64,000 nucleotides of DNA from Paraspadella gotoi (taxonomy: Eukaryota > Animalia > Chaetognatha), in the NCBI GenBank assembly GCA_051294375.1, contig CM119263.1:28192293-28256292 (forward strand), written 5' to 3'. The notes below the pieces were generated by a model. It was given only the letters and a program-made list of their open reading frames with translations, was not told the origin of the DNA and searched no databases. Below, one piece after another: positions 14,214-27,386 of the stretch. Every line of letters begins with the position of its first letter. Position 1 is the stretch's first letter. The position numbers and the translations under genes are program-made.

Positions 14214-17200
14214 GAGTCGAAATTAAAGCAGCATAATTTGAGATGTTGTATGCCCTGGCCACCGGGATTCGTTACCATGGTAAGAGAAAACGCCCTCACC
14301 ATTAGACAGTAAGATAAACTACTGCTTTCCCTTTCTCTAAGAAGGCGGCCCGCACGCCGTCATGGGCCAACTCGGGCGTCGTCGAAACCATCGAAGACAG
14401 TCAACGCCGTCAAAACGACGCGAAACGTCGCCGTTTCTTTGAATTCGGCGCCGGAACCGAGGATTTTCAAAGAGTTTTGCAAGTTGAGTTGAGGATTTGG
14501 GGTTGGGGAGTGGGATTGAGGATTATGTAAGGGGTTGGGAGTGGGATTGAGGATTTAGTAAGGGGTTTGGGAGTGGGTTGAGGATTTAGTAAAGGGGTTG
14601 GGGAGTGGGATTGAGGATTAGTTAAGGGATTTTGGTGATAATGACGATTTAGAATAGAAAGGTATCAGAAGCGGGAATTCGGATTTAGGACGGGAATTGG
14701 GAAATGGGGAATTGGGATGATTCCGGAATGGATTTTAAAAGTGGAAATTGATCTTTAGGAAAAGCATAGGGAAAGCATTTGCAAGTGCGTTGCTAAATTT
14801 TTGAAAAGAGATATTTGCCACTGAGGATTTACAATTGGTTTGGGAGTAATGATTTACAAAAAATATTTTTTACAAAAAGTTACTCGACCTTTGGAAAAGA
14901 TTTAATTGTGAGTTGTAATCTTAGAAAATTTCTACGTGGAGATTAAAGATTATATAACTCGCTAGTTATGACAGATAAACGCAGTATCTTAAAATCGTTT
15001 ATCTTTCTCCGCTGACAGAATTACTTGATTCCCTGAACACGGCGTCTGAAGTGACTCCAGCTGTCAACTTCTCTTTCGGGAAAAAAGACGTTCGTCCAAG
15101 ATGCAGAAGGTTGGTTCCTTCAAGTCATAAAAAAAGCGATAGGAAACACTTTTATCGAGGTGGGAGCTGCGGCCTTCCAAGAATAAAAAAAGATAACTAT
15201 GTTCGTTTTCTGCTTGTTCTTAAGTTTTGTAGTTTCTTACGGAGTGAGAAAACAAAGCCGATGTAAAAAAATTTAGACACTTCTTTTCTATTATCACGTT
15301 TATAGTTTAAACATAGTTTACGAACATAGTGAATATAATGTTAAATATTTTGTAAGAAGTTCAAATATCGCCCGAGCCTACGATCCGTTTGTTCTGGTGG
15401 CTTGATACTACCTCGATGATATTTATAGATTGTTGGCCAAATCTCATACAATATGTCAGGCCATATTCGTTTCCAAAACTCTCTCTCTCTCTCTCTCTTT
15501 TTTTTTTTTCTCCACCACAGGTTTGTTCAGGTCAACAAAACCTCATGTGCTGATGGTGCGGTACATCGAAGATCGAGCAGAAAAAGGCTCTTGATGTCGT
15601 GGCCTCGTTTTTTCAGTTCGGCGGAACAGAGATGCACCCAATCACTTGAAGCACATAAAGATTCTCGGTTGAGCGAGCGGGAGAAATTTAATTGTCTGTG
15701 TTTGACCCGTTGATCCCATATATCCATTTGGTTTGACCCATGTAAATCCATTTTGATCCCCGTTTCGTTCTATTTTGATTCGGCGACACATTGTGATTTT
15801 TTGTATTTATTTTCACCACAATTAGGCATGCGAGATGGAGATTTCGCTTTGACTTCTATTGATAAGACAATTTTAATAGATCACTTTGCTGAAAAAACTG
15901 TATCGGGGTTGTAATTTTTTCCACTTTTCACTTTCAGAGGGGCGATTTTCTCTTTAATTTATAAAAATATGATTTATATATATATGTATATATATATAAT
16001 ATTATATTATATATAATAATATAATATAATAAAATATATATTATTATATATTTCCATATTTTCACATTCTTTTTAAGTTGTTTGGAAATTTCTAGTTTAG
16101 GAATCATTCAATCTAAGGAACGAAAATATCCATTTGCAGTATTGTTGTAATGTAAAAAGTGCCCTATGATTTAGATTAGTCCATTGACCAAATCGGTTAG
16201 GCTAGATTGTGCCTTAAATATATATGATCCTTTGTGTATAAACATTTATATGATAATTGGTCGTTTTAATGTTAAAATGTTTACTATTATTTGATTTTTA
16301 TATTTTTTGGCTACGATAAAATGAAAAAAATACGTCTTTTCGGTGTTATAGGCCTAAAGCAAACCGGAAGCGAATTAACTCTGTGTTTCTCTCAGAGCGC
16401 CACAAATCTTTCCCCTTTTACTAAAGACTTTCCGTGAGAGGACCACTCAAAGGTGTTTCCTTTATTTATTACAGCCCGAGTCAACTGGGAATATAAGTAA
16501 TTGCCATCTAATTAAATAATAATGTAGAAATTACAGTAGTTCAGGTATCTGTTCGCCTCTGGACAAGATAAATATTGAGGGTCTGGAATCTGGAAAGCTT
16601 TGGGAGTTTGTTCAAGGATTTGAAAAGGTCATTCAAAGGATTCGTCAGATGTTTAGAGGTTTGCGCGCATGGAGTTGGCGCAGGTTTGAGAGACCGGAGA
16701 CAGAAGAGAGAGAGAGAGTAAGATAGAAAGGAGAGAAATTGGATACTTCTTAATTGGTAGCTGCAGGGGTAGTTTTAATTTCAATTTTTTTTTTCATTCC
16801 AGATGGTTTGCAGGGAAGCGGGGCGATGGATGTAGCGATTCCTGGTCACGCTCCTCTTTTCCGCTGGAACCAGACGCTCATAAAAGTAGATAAAAGATGT
16901 ATAAAAATTATATAAATATATAATATATAATATAAATGTTATGCAAAAGAGGTTAAAAAGTTGTCATTTTTTCTCTCCATATGTGTTACTTAAATGTGTC
17001 CTGTCAGTTTGGCGTCTTAAGGTTCATTCAAAATCTGGGCTGAAGTGGGCGGATGCAAAAAACCCTTTCCGGTCATTCCGCTTCCTATTCTGAGCCTCAA
17101 GTAATAATTTTTTTATTAACATCCATTACTTCATTAGTATTCGTTTGTTAACTTGAATTTAAGGTTGACGTAGTTTTTAGAACATTTCCCTTTTATTCGG

Positions 17201-18330
17201 ATTCATTTCTACAGTGTGTCCCAATGGTACTGGGGAGTTTTACTTTGGGGTTTTTTAAAAGAACAAAATGAAATATGCGCACTAAGTTATGGAACCATTT
17301 TATAGGTATACCTAATTTTAAAAATTGAACAAAAGCAAACTCCTGTTATTTTATTACATAAAGCAAAATGGTATAGAAAATTTTTTTCAGTTGATTTTTA
17401 AAAAAAAATGTTCAATTATGTATTTTTTAATATTTATCAAATATTTTTTTAATAATTGATAATAAGTTTAAAATAATTTTCTTTAGATGGCAGGACAGTA
17501 ATAGAGCCAAACCTTCGTCATGGGTGGGTCAGAGTTTGATTTGGGAACCTTTCCAAATGAAACTTCCATACATTTCTGAGAAAAACTTTCAATGGAGCAA
17601 ATTTCTATAAGATGGCTTAGAAGCATTAGTAATTAATTTTTTAATAATTTATTTATAGATAGAATGTAAAATTTTTTTTTGAATTTTTTTATTTTTTAAA
17701 GCGGATCAAAATGCTTATGAAAAGTTATCTACACAAGTATAATTTCTTTTTTCATATTTTTGATGATAAGTGGGTTAAAAATTGAGAAAAACCTTAAAAA
17801 TCATCATCAATCATCAGATGATTTTTAGCAGTTTTTACTAATTTTTAGTAATAAAACATCAAAATTTAAAAAAAGTTGTAATTATAATTTTGCTTAACTT
17901 TTTAAGCTCTATAGAATCAAAATTAAAAAACTTAAATATCAAAAAAAGAATTTTTTAAACATATATAGTAGGCAATATAATATATTAATATAGCGAATTA
18001 CTATGTTCGGAACATTTTTGCAAAAAAATAATTTTAACCATAATTAATACCAAAATAATGGATTAGTTTTAATGCTGTTGCCCATTATATTTGAATTTGG
18101 GTCGGCTACCGCCCAACGAGTAAGAAACTATATTTTAGCTCCAGAGCTCATATAATGCGTAATCTTATTTTTTAAATTATTTACTTACCTTTCAATATAA
18201 TTTATTTTGAAGTACATACAACCTATTTTGGTTCTGGCTTAATGATTCAACTGCTCATCCTGTGAGAATAAGAAAATTTAAAATAATTAATTATTAGCAT
18301 ATTTTATCAATTAGTTTATTTTGTACATCT
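14165..18330 (+). repeat. Indel-rich direct copy of the WD40 5' region (~19400-22790)
   Basis: Same promoter, exons 1-7 and introns with frequent frameshifts; followed by 25-N gap at 18492-18516. Confidence 0.85.
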
Positions 18331-19131
18331 TATTTTTTTTTAAATAAGAAATACTATCAATTTACAAAATTTTATATTACTTTAAAATGCTTATTTACGC
18401 GATAAAAACAAAATCATAACAAAACGAAGCCGAGTCCACTGGGCGTTGTTTTGAGAAATCGCCGGTTTCAAATTAGAGAAAAGGTCAGGAANNNNNNNNN
18501 NNNNNNNNNNNNNNNNAATTTGTAAAAGATTACCAAAAACAAATGACATCAAGTATTTCATGAAAATTACCACCACCACCACCACAGTTTAATAAACCAC
18601 AGAACCACCTTTCGTTTCTCCATGAATCTAAATCTCCTTCCGTCACGCGGCATCAAAGCCTCCAACACTTCGTCCACTTGAGAAANNNNNNNNNNNNNNN
18701 NNNNNNNNNNNNNNNNNNNNNNNNNNNNNNNNNNNNNNNNNNNNNNNNNNNNNNNNNNNNNNNNNNNNNNNNNNNNNNNNNNNNNNNNNNNNNNNNNNNN
18801 NNNNNNNNNNNNNNNNNNNNNNNNNNNNNNNNNNNNNNNNNNNNNNNNNNNNNNNNNNNNNNNNNNNNNNNNNNNNNNNNNNNNTTTAAATCTGTTTAAA
18901 CTTTTTTTTTTTAGACAACAACTTATCGGTTCAATGGGTCAACTAAAGGAGTCTTTATCCAGGTAAATTAATGAATTTAACTAAAATTAAAATTTATAAT
19001 TTAAACTACTTCATTCCCTACTGCATTCATTACAGCATTCGCATGAAGGAGCTGAGAGCCGCGGAGATAAATTTGAGGACAGGAATGACTTTGTACGGAG
19101 GGAACCCAGCGAAGGCCATGCCAGAATTCAC

Positions 19132-19197
19132 AGGTGAACGAATTCACTGTGAACAAATTCACTGTGAACGAACTCACTGTGAACGAATTCACACTGA
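19132..19197 (+). repeat. 15-bp tandem repeat
   Basis: (GTGAACGAATTCACT)x~4, each unit quasi-palindromic. Confidence 0.8.
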
Positions 19198-19409
19198 TTA
19201 TGAATGTCACTGAAAAAAGAATGTAATCTTAAAAAAATTTTGAGGATAGATCGAAATATCATAAGGTGCTATTTACTAAAATGACGTTTTTTTTAAACAG
19301 TAGGGTAGTTTATTAGTAGTTTATTAATATCTCTTATTAAGCACAGACAATGAAAGAAAACCTGAATAGATAGCCGGGGTCATAGTTCAAGAGAAGACGA
19401 AAGAGAGAG

Positions 19410-19457
<48 letters not shown>

Positions 19458-19508
19458 GAAATTAAGCAGCATAATTTGAGATGTGTATGCCCCGGGCCAC
19501 CGGGATTC

Positions 19509-19522
19509 GTTACCATGGTAAC
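19509..19522. promoter_or_regulatory. RFX X-box
   Basis: Perfect palindrome GTTACCATGGTAAC ~80 bp upstream of the WD40 ATG (19601); duplicate at ~14270 reads GTTACCATGGTAAG. Confidence 0.7.
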
Positions 19523-19600
19523 CGAAACGCCCTCACCTTAGACCAGTAAGATAACACTCACCTGCTTTCCCTTTCTCAAGAGGCGCGCCGCAACGCCGTC

Positions 19601-22600
19601 ATGGCCATCGGCGTCGTCGAAACCATCGAAGACAAAGTCAACGCCGTCAAAACCGGAATCGTCGCCGCTTTCTTCGAATTCGGCGCCGGAACCGAGGATT
19701 TTCAAAGAGTTTGCAAGTGAGTTGAGGATTTGGGGTTGGGGAGTGGGATTGAGGATTTAGTAAAGGGGGTTTGGGAGTGGGTATGAGGATTTAGTAAAGG
19801 GGTTGGGGAGTGGGATTGAGGATTAAGTTAAGGGAATTTTGGGATGAATGACGATTTAGAATAGAAAGGTATCAGGAAGCGGGATTCGGATTTAGGACGG
19901 GATTGGGAAATGGAATTGATGATTCCGGAATGGATTTTAAAGTGGAAATTGATTTTAGGAAAAGCATAGGGAAAGCATTTGCAAGTGCGTTGCTAATTTG
20001 AAAAGAGATTTGCACTGAGGATTTACAAATTGTTTGGGAGTTAATGATTTACAAAAATATTTTTAAAAAAGTTCTCGATTTGGAAAAGATTTAATTGTGA
20101 GTTGTAAATTCTTAGAAAATTTTCTAGTGAGTTAAAGATTATATAAACTCGCTAGTTATGACAGATCAAACGCAGTATCTTAAAATCGTTTATCTTTCTC
20201 CCGCTGACAGAATCTACCTTGATTCCCTGAACACGGCGTCTGAAGTGACCCAAGCCTGTCAACTTCTCTTTCGAAAAAACGTTCGGTCCAAGATGCAGAA
20301 GTTGGTCCTCAGTCATAAAAAAGCGCAGGACCTTTTGATCGAGGTGGGACTGCGGCCTCAGAGATAAGATACTATGTCGTTTTCTGCTTGTTCTTAAGTT
20401 TTGTAGTTTCTACGGAGTGAGAAAACAAAGCACAGATGTAAAAATTTAGACACTTTTTTCTATTTTCCGTTTATAGTTTAAACATAGTTACGAACATAGT
20501 TGAATATAATGTTAAATATTTTGTAAGAAGTTCAAAATATCGCCCGAGCCTACGATCCGATTTGATTCTGGTGGCTTGATACTCCTTCGATGATATTATA
20601 GATGTTGCCAAATCTCATACATATGTCAGCCATATTCGTTTCAAAACTCTCTCTCTCTCTCTCTCTTTTTTTTTCCTCCACCACAGGTTGTTCAGATCAA
20701 CAACAACCTCATGGTGCTGATGGTGCGGTACACGAAGATCGAGCAGAAAAGGCTCTTGATGTCGTGGCCCGTTTTTCAGTTCGGCGGAACAGAGATGCAC
20801 CCCATCACTGAAGCATACAAGATTCTCGGTGAGCGAGCGGAGAAATTTATTGCCTGTTGTTTGACCCGTTTTGATCCCATATGATCCAATTTGGTTTTGA
20901 CCCCATGTAATCCATTTTGATCCCGTTTCGTTCTATTTTGATTCGGCGACAACTTGTGTTTTTTGTATTTATTTTTCCACCATTAGGCATCGAGATGGAG
21001 ATTTACGCTTTGACTTCTATTGATAAGTACGAATTTTAATAGATACTTTGCTGAAAAACTGAATCGGGGTTTAATTTTTCACTTTTCACTTTCAGAGGGG
21101 CGATTTCTTTATTTATAAAAAGATATATTTATATATATATGTATATTATATATAATATTATATTATATATAATATATAATATAAAATAAAATATATATTA
21201 TTATATATTTACACATATTTCACCATTCTTTTTAATTGTTTGGAAATTTCTAGTTTAGGAATCATCAATTCTAAGGAACGAAAATATCATTTGCATATTG
21301 TTGTAATGTAAAAGTGCCCTATGATTTAGATTAGTCATTGACCAAATCGGTTAGGCTAAGATTTGTGCCTTAAATATATATGATCCTTTGCTTTATATAA
21401 ACATTTTATTGATAATTGGTCGTTTTAATGTTAAAATGTTTACTATTATTTGATTTTTATTTTTTGGCTACGATAAAATGAAAAATTACGTCTTTCTGGT
21501 TTAAGGCCTAAAGCAAACCGAAGCGATTAACTCTGGTTTCTCTTCAGAGCGCACAAATCTTTCGCCTTTTACTAAAGATTTCCGTGGAGAGGAACACTCA
21601 AAGAGTGTTTCTTTATTTATTACAGCCCGAGTCAAACTCGGGAATAAGTAATTGCCATCTAATTAAATAATAATGTAGAAATTAACGTATTCAGGTATCT
21701 GTTCGCCTCTGGACAAGATAAATCATTGAGGGTCTGGAATCTGGAAACTTTGGAGTTTGTTCAAGATTTGAAAGGTCATTCAGGATTCGTCAGATGTTTA
21801 GAGGTTGCGCCTGGAGTGGCGCAGGTGAGAGACGGAGACAGAGAGAGAGAGAGAGAGTAAGATAGAAAGAGAGAAATTGATACTTCCTTAATTGGTGCTG
21901 CAGGGGTAGTTTTAATTTCAATTTTTTTTTTCAATTCCAGATGGATTTGCAGGGAAGCGGAGCGATGGATGTAGCGATTCCTGGTCACGCCCTCTTTTCC
22001 GCTGGAACAGACGCCTCCATAAAAGTAGATAAAAGATGTATAAAAATATATAAAATATATAATATATATATAAATGTAGCAAAAGAGGTAAAATTGTCAT
22101 TTTTTTTCCATATTGTTAACTTAAATTGTCCTTGTCAGGTTTGGCGTCTAAGTTCATCAAAATCTGGGCTGAAGTGGCGATGCAAAAAAACCCTTTCCGG
22201 TCATTCCGCTCCTATCTTGAGCCTCAAGTAATAACTTTTTTTATTACATCATTACTTCATTAGTATTCGTTTGTTAACTTGAATTTAAAGGTTGACTCGT
22301 AGTTTTTAAGAACATTTCCCTTTTATTCGGATTCATTCTACAGTGTGTCCCAATGGTACTGTCTGTTAAGAATGAATATGCGCACAAGTATGGACCATTT
22401 TATAGGATACCTAAATTTTAAAAATTGAACAAAGCAAACTCCTGTATTTATTACATAAAGCAAATGGTATAAAAATTTTTTTCAGTGATTTTTAAAAAAA
22501 AAAATTTCAATTATGTATTTTTTAATATTTAGCCAATATTTTTTTAATATTGATAATAAAGTTTTAAATATTTTCTTTAGATGCAGGACAGTAAGAAAAC

Positions 22601-25600
22601 TATTTTTAGCTCCAGAGCTCATATAATGCAGTAATCATTATTTTTTAAATTATTTACTTACCTTTAATAATAATTTATTGAATAAATAACAACCTATTTT
22701 GTTCTGGCTTAATGATTCAATCGCTCACAACTTCAAATAAGAAAATTTAAATATTAAATTAATTAGCATATTTAATCAATTTTATATTTTTTATTTTGTT
22801 TATTTCATTTATTTTTTACAAATTACAATTTAAATAATTTATATCTATTTAAAATATTTTTTTACAGAATTTTTTTAATAAAATTTATTTAAAGTAAAAA
22901 AATTAACTAAAAATTAAAAAAGTAAAAAATGAGGAATCATTTAAATTGAATGTTCTGCAAAGAAAAATTGATAAAAATTGAATTTGAAATATAGTATCAT
23001 AAATAGTAAGAACTTATCTTTGACAATGTTATCTCAGAAATAACATTTAATAACACAGTTCCGTACAATATGTAAAAGTTAACCGACAGTACCATTGGGA
23101 CACACGGAGATGTTTAAAAGATTTACTTTTTTGCGATTGAATATAAATCTATATCGTCAAAAACAGTTTACAAAGGTCTTTGTGGCCGAAGGGACGTCCT
23201 TGGCCTCCAAAACCTAAGTCCCGCCACAAATCAGATACGCAGGACGGAAAAGTTTAAAATTTAAATCCCGCGTGGAGCCTGGTTCTAGAGCCTAATTTTT
23301 TTTATCTGCTGTGATCTTATTTGGTCCCATCTCTTAAATTCACTAATGTGCTAAGTAGACTGACGATGACTAGCTACTATTGAACGGGTCCTTGGCTCGG
23401 AACCCGGCTTGGGGGGGGTCTCCACGCTTCTAAGGCGGTTTATGGCCTTCCCTTCCCTTCTCGAAGGGCAGGCTCCGGGTTGAGATTGAATCCGGAACCT
23501 CGTCGTCGTTAGTCGATGGCTTTTACTATCAGAGCTACCCTGTCACAAACGAGGGAATGATATTTAAATGTCCGCAAAAGAAATGTTTTCTTGTCTCAGA
23601 TTGGCCAAACATCTTCTCTTTTCGACGTCCGCGGATATGACTATCGCCGTCTGGTCTCTCGATCGCTTGGATCGACAGTGGGCATCCAAAAAGGTTTGGT
23701 TCAGAGTTACAAGTTTAATTGGGTCATGGCAAGTTAAATCCACGGCCTCGGGCTCAAATAAAGTGACAAAAGTCTAGTTTTGCTTTTATATTTCTATCCA
23801 AACAAAGTTATAAAATTACCAGCACCAAAAAAAGAAAATTAATCTGTTCCATGTTGACATTTTGACTGGAATAATGAAATATTTCAGAAGATGTAACTAT
23901 GCTTAGTAAGCTTACTAAACATCAGCCAATAAATTATCACGAAAATGGCGAAACACTTGAGACATTGAAGTTTATCCAAGTTTTCTTGAGCATTTGACGA
24001 CAGTTAGTTGACAAAAATGTTCAATGTTGCTGCTAAGTCTGCTGTAGTTGTTGGAATTGACTCAATATACCGACCGAGACGGACCGACCGACCGAGCTTA
24101 CTCTTCGTCGACTCGATTGTCGGCCACGTCCTTGACGGTGACGACGCAGATGGCGACGAAGATCAATCCGGCGCCGATAAATCCCGGCGCGTCCGGCGTT
24201 TGACCCAAGAACCAAAAGGCCAAAGCGTAGGAGATTGGAATCTCTAGCGACATGAAGACGGCGACGATGTCTCCCTCGACCCAGCGCAGCGCGAAGACGG
24301 TGCTAAGCCGGCCCAGGAGATCGAAGGTGCCGAGCAGGACCGCGCCCAGCACCGGCAACGCGTTCACCGGTCTGGCGAAAAATACCCCGAGGCTGGCGGG
24401 CTTGAGGAACGCCAGAGTGACCGCCGAAGCCGACATCATGGCGGCGTAGTTGACGTGAAGGACGCTGAAATGAACGCCTGTCTTTTGGAGGCGGTCGTAG
24501 AGGAGCATCCAGACGACGTGAGCGAGAGAGTCCAGGAATGCCAGGAAGTAGTATAGGGAAACGTCGGGGAAGTCGCCGCCGCCGCCGCCGCCGTCGCCGT
24601 CGCCGAAAATAAATTGAGGCTTCGTCATCAGAACCACGCCGACGACTACCAGAGTCACGGCGCCGACGAGCACCTTCGACGGCAGCTTCCGCCGAGCCAG
24701 AGCCGCACCAACCGACATCCACACGACGCAAAGATCGATGATCGTCACTGCATCTCCCGCCGGCAGGCGTCGTAGGCAAAGAAAAGATAGGTAGCGCCCC
24801 GCGATCTCGAAAGCCGGCGCCACGACGACACCGAGTCTGACGAGCGCCGAGGCATCCGCGCCACCTAGCGGTGAAGACCGAAAGTACGCGATTAGCGGCG
24901 CGGTGACGACGACGGAGGCCACGCCCAAGACGACGGTGACGACGACGACGTCTAAGGGACCAAGACTGTCCAGGAAGGGAATGAGGAAAAAGAAGTAGCT
25001 CCATGATATTGAAGGCAGAATGAGAATGGGTAGGGCGAGAACGATCGGAGAATACATTGTTTATTTTATTTTATTTATTTTTTCTGGGGGGGGGGTGGTA
25101 GATTTTCAAATTGTTTTTTGATGAATTTTTTTGTTTTTTTGTTTTTCTGTTGGTATTTTATTTTTTTATTTGTCTTTTGCTTTTTATTTGTTTTTATAAT
25201 TTTCTTGTTTCTTGTTTTTATTTGTATTTTGATTTTGATTTTTTTTCCTCCTTATCACTCACTCACTCATTCATGCATTTGTTTGTTTTATTGACGATGA
25301 ATGACTCATCGCGTCAATGAATGACTATCATCGCATCAATCATTCGTTTTTTTTCTCCGGATTTTTTCATTAATTTTCTTTGATAGTTTCTCCGGACGAT
25401 TCCTTTCGTTTCGAAACGAATGGGAAAAGACAAAAAAAAGTTAGACACTAAGAAATTTATTTTATTCCATAATTCAGAATGGAATCGGATTGTCCAAGCT
25501 TTTAAAGTTTAAAGTTTGAATGCTTGATGAGTGTTTTTGGAATTTAGGCGGATTTATAAAGAAAATTTTTTTGGGGGGGAGTAAGAAAGTGTAAATAGTA

Positions 25601-27313
25601 AAAGTAAATAGTCGACTTACTCGTAAATTGTGAATAGTCTCGTTGGTATTTGGTTTTTTTAGTTGTTCTGTTTTGAAGAAAAAAAAATCCCGATAAACAA
25701 ATTGCGCGATTTTTTTTTTAACTCAGTGAAATTGAACTACGTACGTATGTGATTGGTGAGATGTGATTGGTGACGTGACTTTGATGACATGTGATAAGTT
25801 TTGGTGGCCGTGACCAAATTCTCGGCCTCATTACAAATCGTTAAAAATTACGAAAAAAAATATCTAAATAAATAAAGTAGTTACCCACAGTAATTGTATG
25901 TATTGTTTATTTTATATTAGAAATATTTTGATAATAATTTTTGATTATTCGTCGAGATCGTCGATTGGGGGATAAAAGTATCGTCGTCGTTGTCGTCGTC
26001 GTTGTCGTCGTCGTTGTCGTCGTCGACGGCGACGATAGAAAGGCGCGGCTCGGAAAAAAAATGTCGTTTTACTATCGATTTCCTGGCGAGTTAATATAAA
26101 TTTGATATTTAAAGTCTAATTGAAAAAACAATTTAAGATCAGTCGTCACCTATTTTCTTTCTCCTTCAGATCGATTTCGTTCCATTTTCTGTGATCGTGA
26201 CTGAGATCATCTACGAAGAGGAGCACGAGGAACTGCTTGGCGCCGACGACGAGGTCAGCTCGTAATTGCTTGTTCTGCTTGCCTGAACGCCTTTTTTTTT
26301 CTTTTGGAAGTTTGCTTATTTTTTTTTTATTTCTTAGTTTGATTTTTTTTATTTCTGTTTCTTTTTTTTTTCTAAATTTTTTTCCCTTCTTTTCTTTTTG
26401 TCTTTCTTTCCTTTTTTCTTCCTTTCTCGGTGTAGTTAATTTTTATTTTTAAACCTTTAATACATCCGTTTTATTAACTAGATATTTGCTTAAAATTAAA
26501 TTAATATCATCTATTTTTCGAATTTCAGAGCGACGATGAGATGACGGAAGCCGACGTCGCCGTCGCCGCCCAAAGTTTAGCTCCAATTCAGGTTTTCCAT
26601 TTCGTAAAATTAATTCATAATTTTTTCGCTAAAATTTATCATTTTAATTTTTATTGTGGTGAATTTTAGGAGAGAGAATCGGAAACGACTCCGCTGACGA
26701 AACCGAAGAAAAAATCGAAATGGACGAAACAAGGAAAGAAGGAAAAGAGTCGAAAAATGGTGATTGATTGATTGATTGATTGATTGCTTGATTTATTGAT
26801 TGAATGATTGCTTAAATGATTGCGTTGATTATCAAATTGTTTTTATAAAGATTTATTTTTTCTAAATTTAATTATTTATTTTTTATTTATTTATATATTT
26901 AATTATATATATATATATATTTATTTATTTATTTATTATTTATACAGATTGGCGTAAGGTCTGTGTGAAGATTAATTATTTTATTGACTGTTTTTTTTAA
27001 TTATTGATTGGTTGATCAATGATCATTTGTTTGCATTAATTCAGTTTTGTTTACTTTTCCATCGCCATCTCACAGGGCGATCGATCGGGTCGCAAAGAGA
27101 CCTTAATCAAGACCTTCCGCAAGAGGGAGACCTCCTTCGCCTTCTCCAGCGGGTCGTCGTCGCCGGAATCGACCGTCGTCCACTTTTTCGTCGCCGGCGA
27201 AGAGAAGTTTGGCTTCATGACTTTGTCGGGCAAAGAGTTGGCCGACGCGGGCACGTGGGACTTTAGAACCATTGTGCCAATAAATAATTGGAAATCCCAA
27301 GGTTTTTTCAGAA

Positions 27314-27386
<73 letters not shown>

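Noticed and set aside
19132-19197. CRISPR-like repeat
   Set aside because: Contiguous 15-bp units with no spacers, in a eukaryotic context
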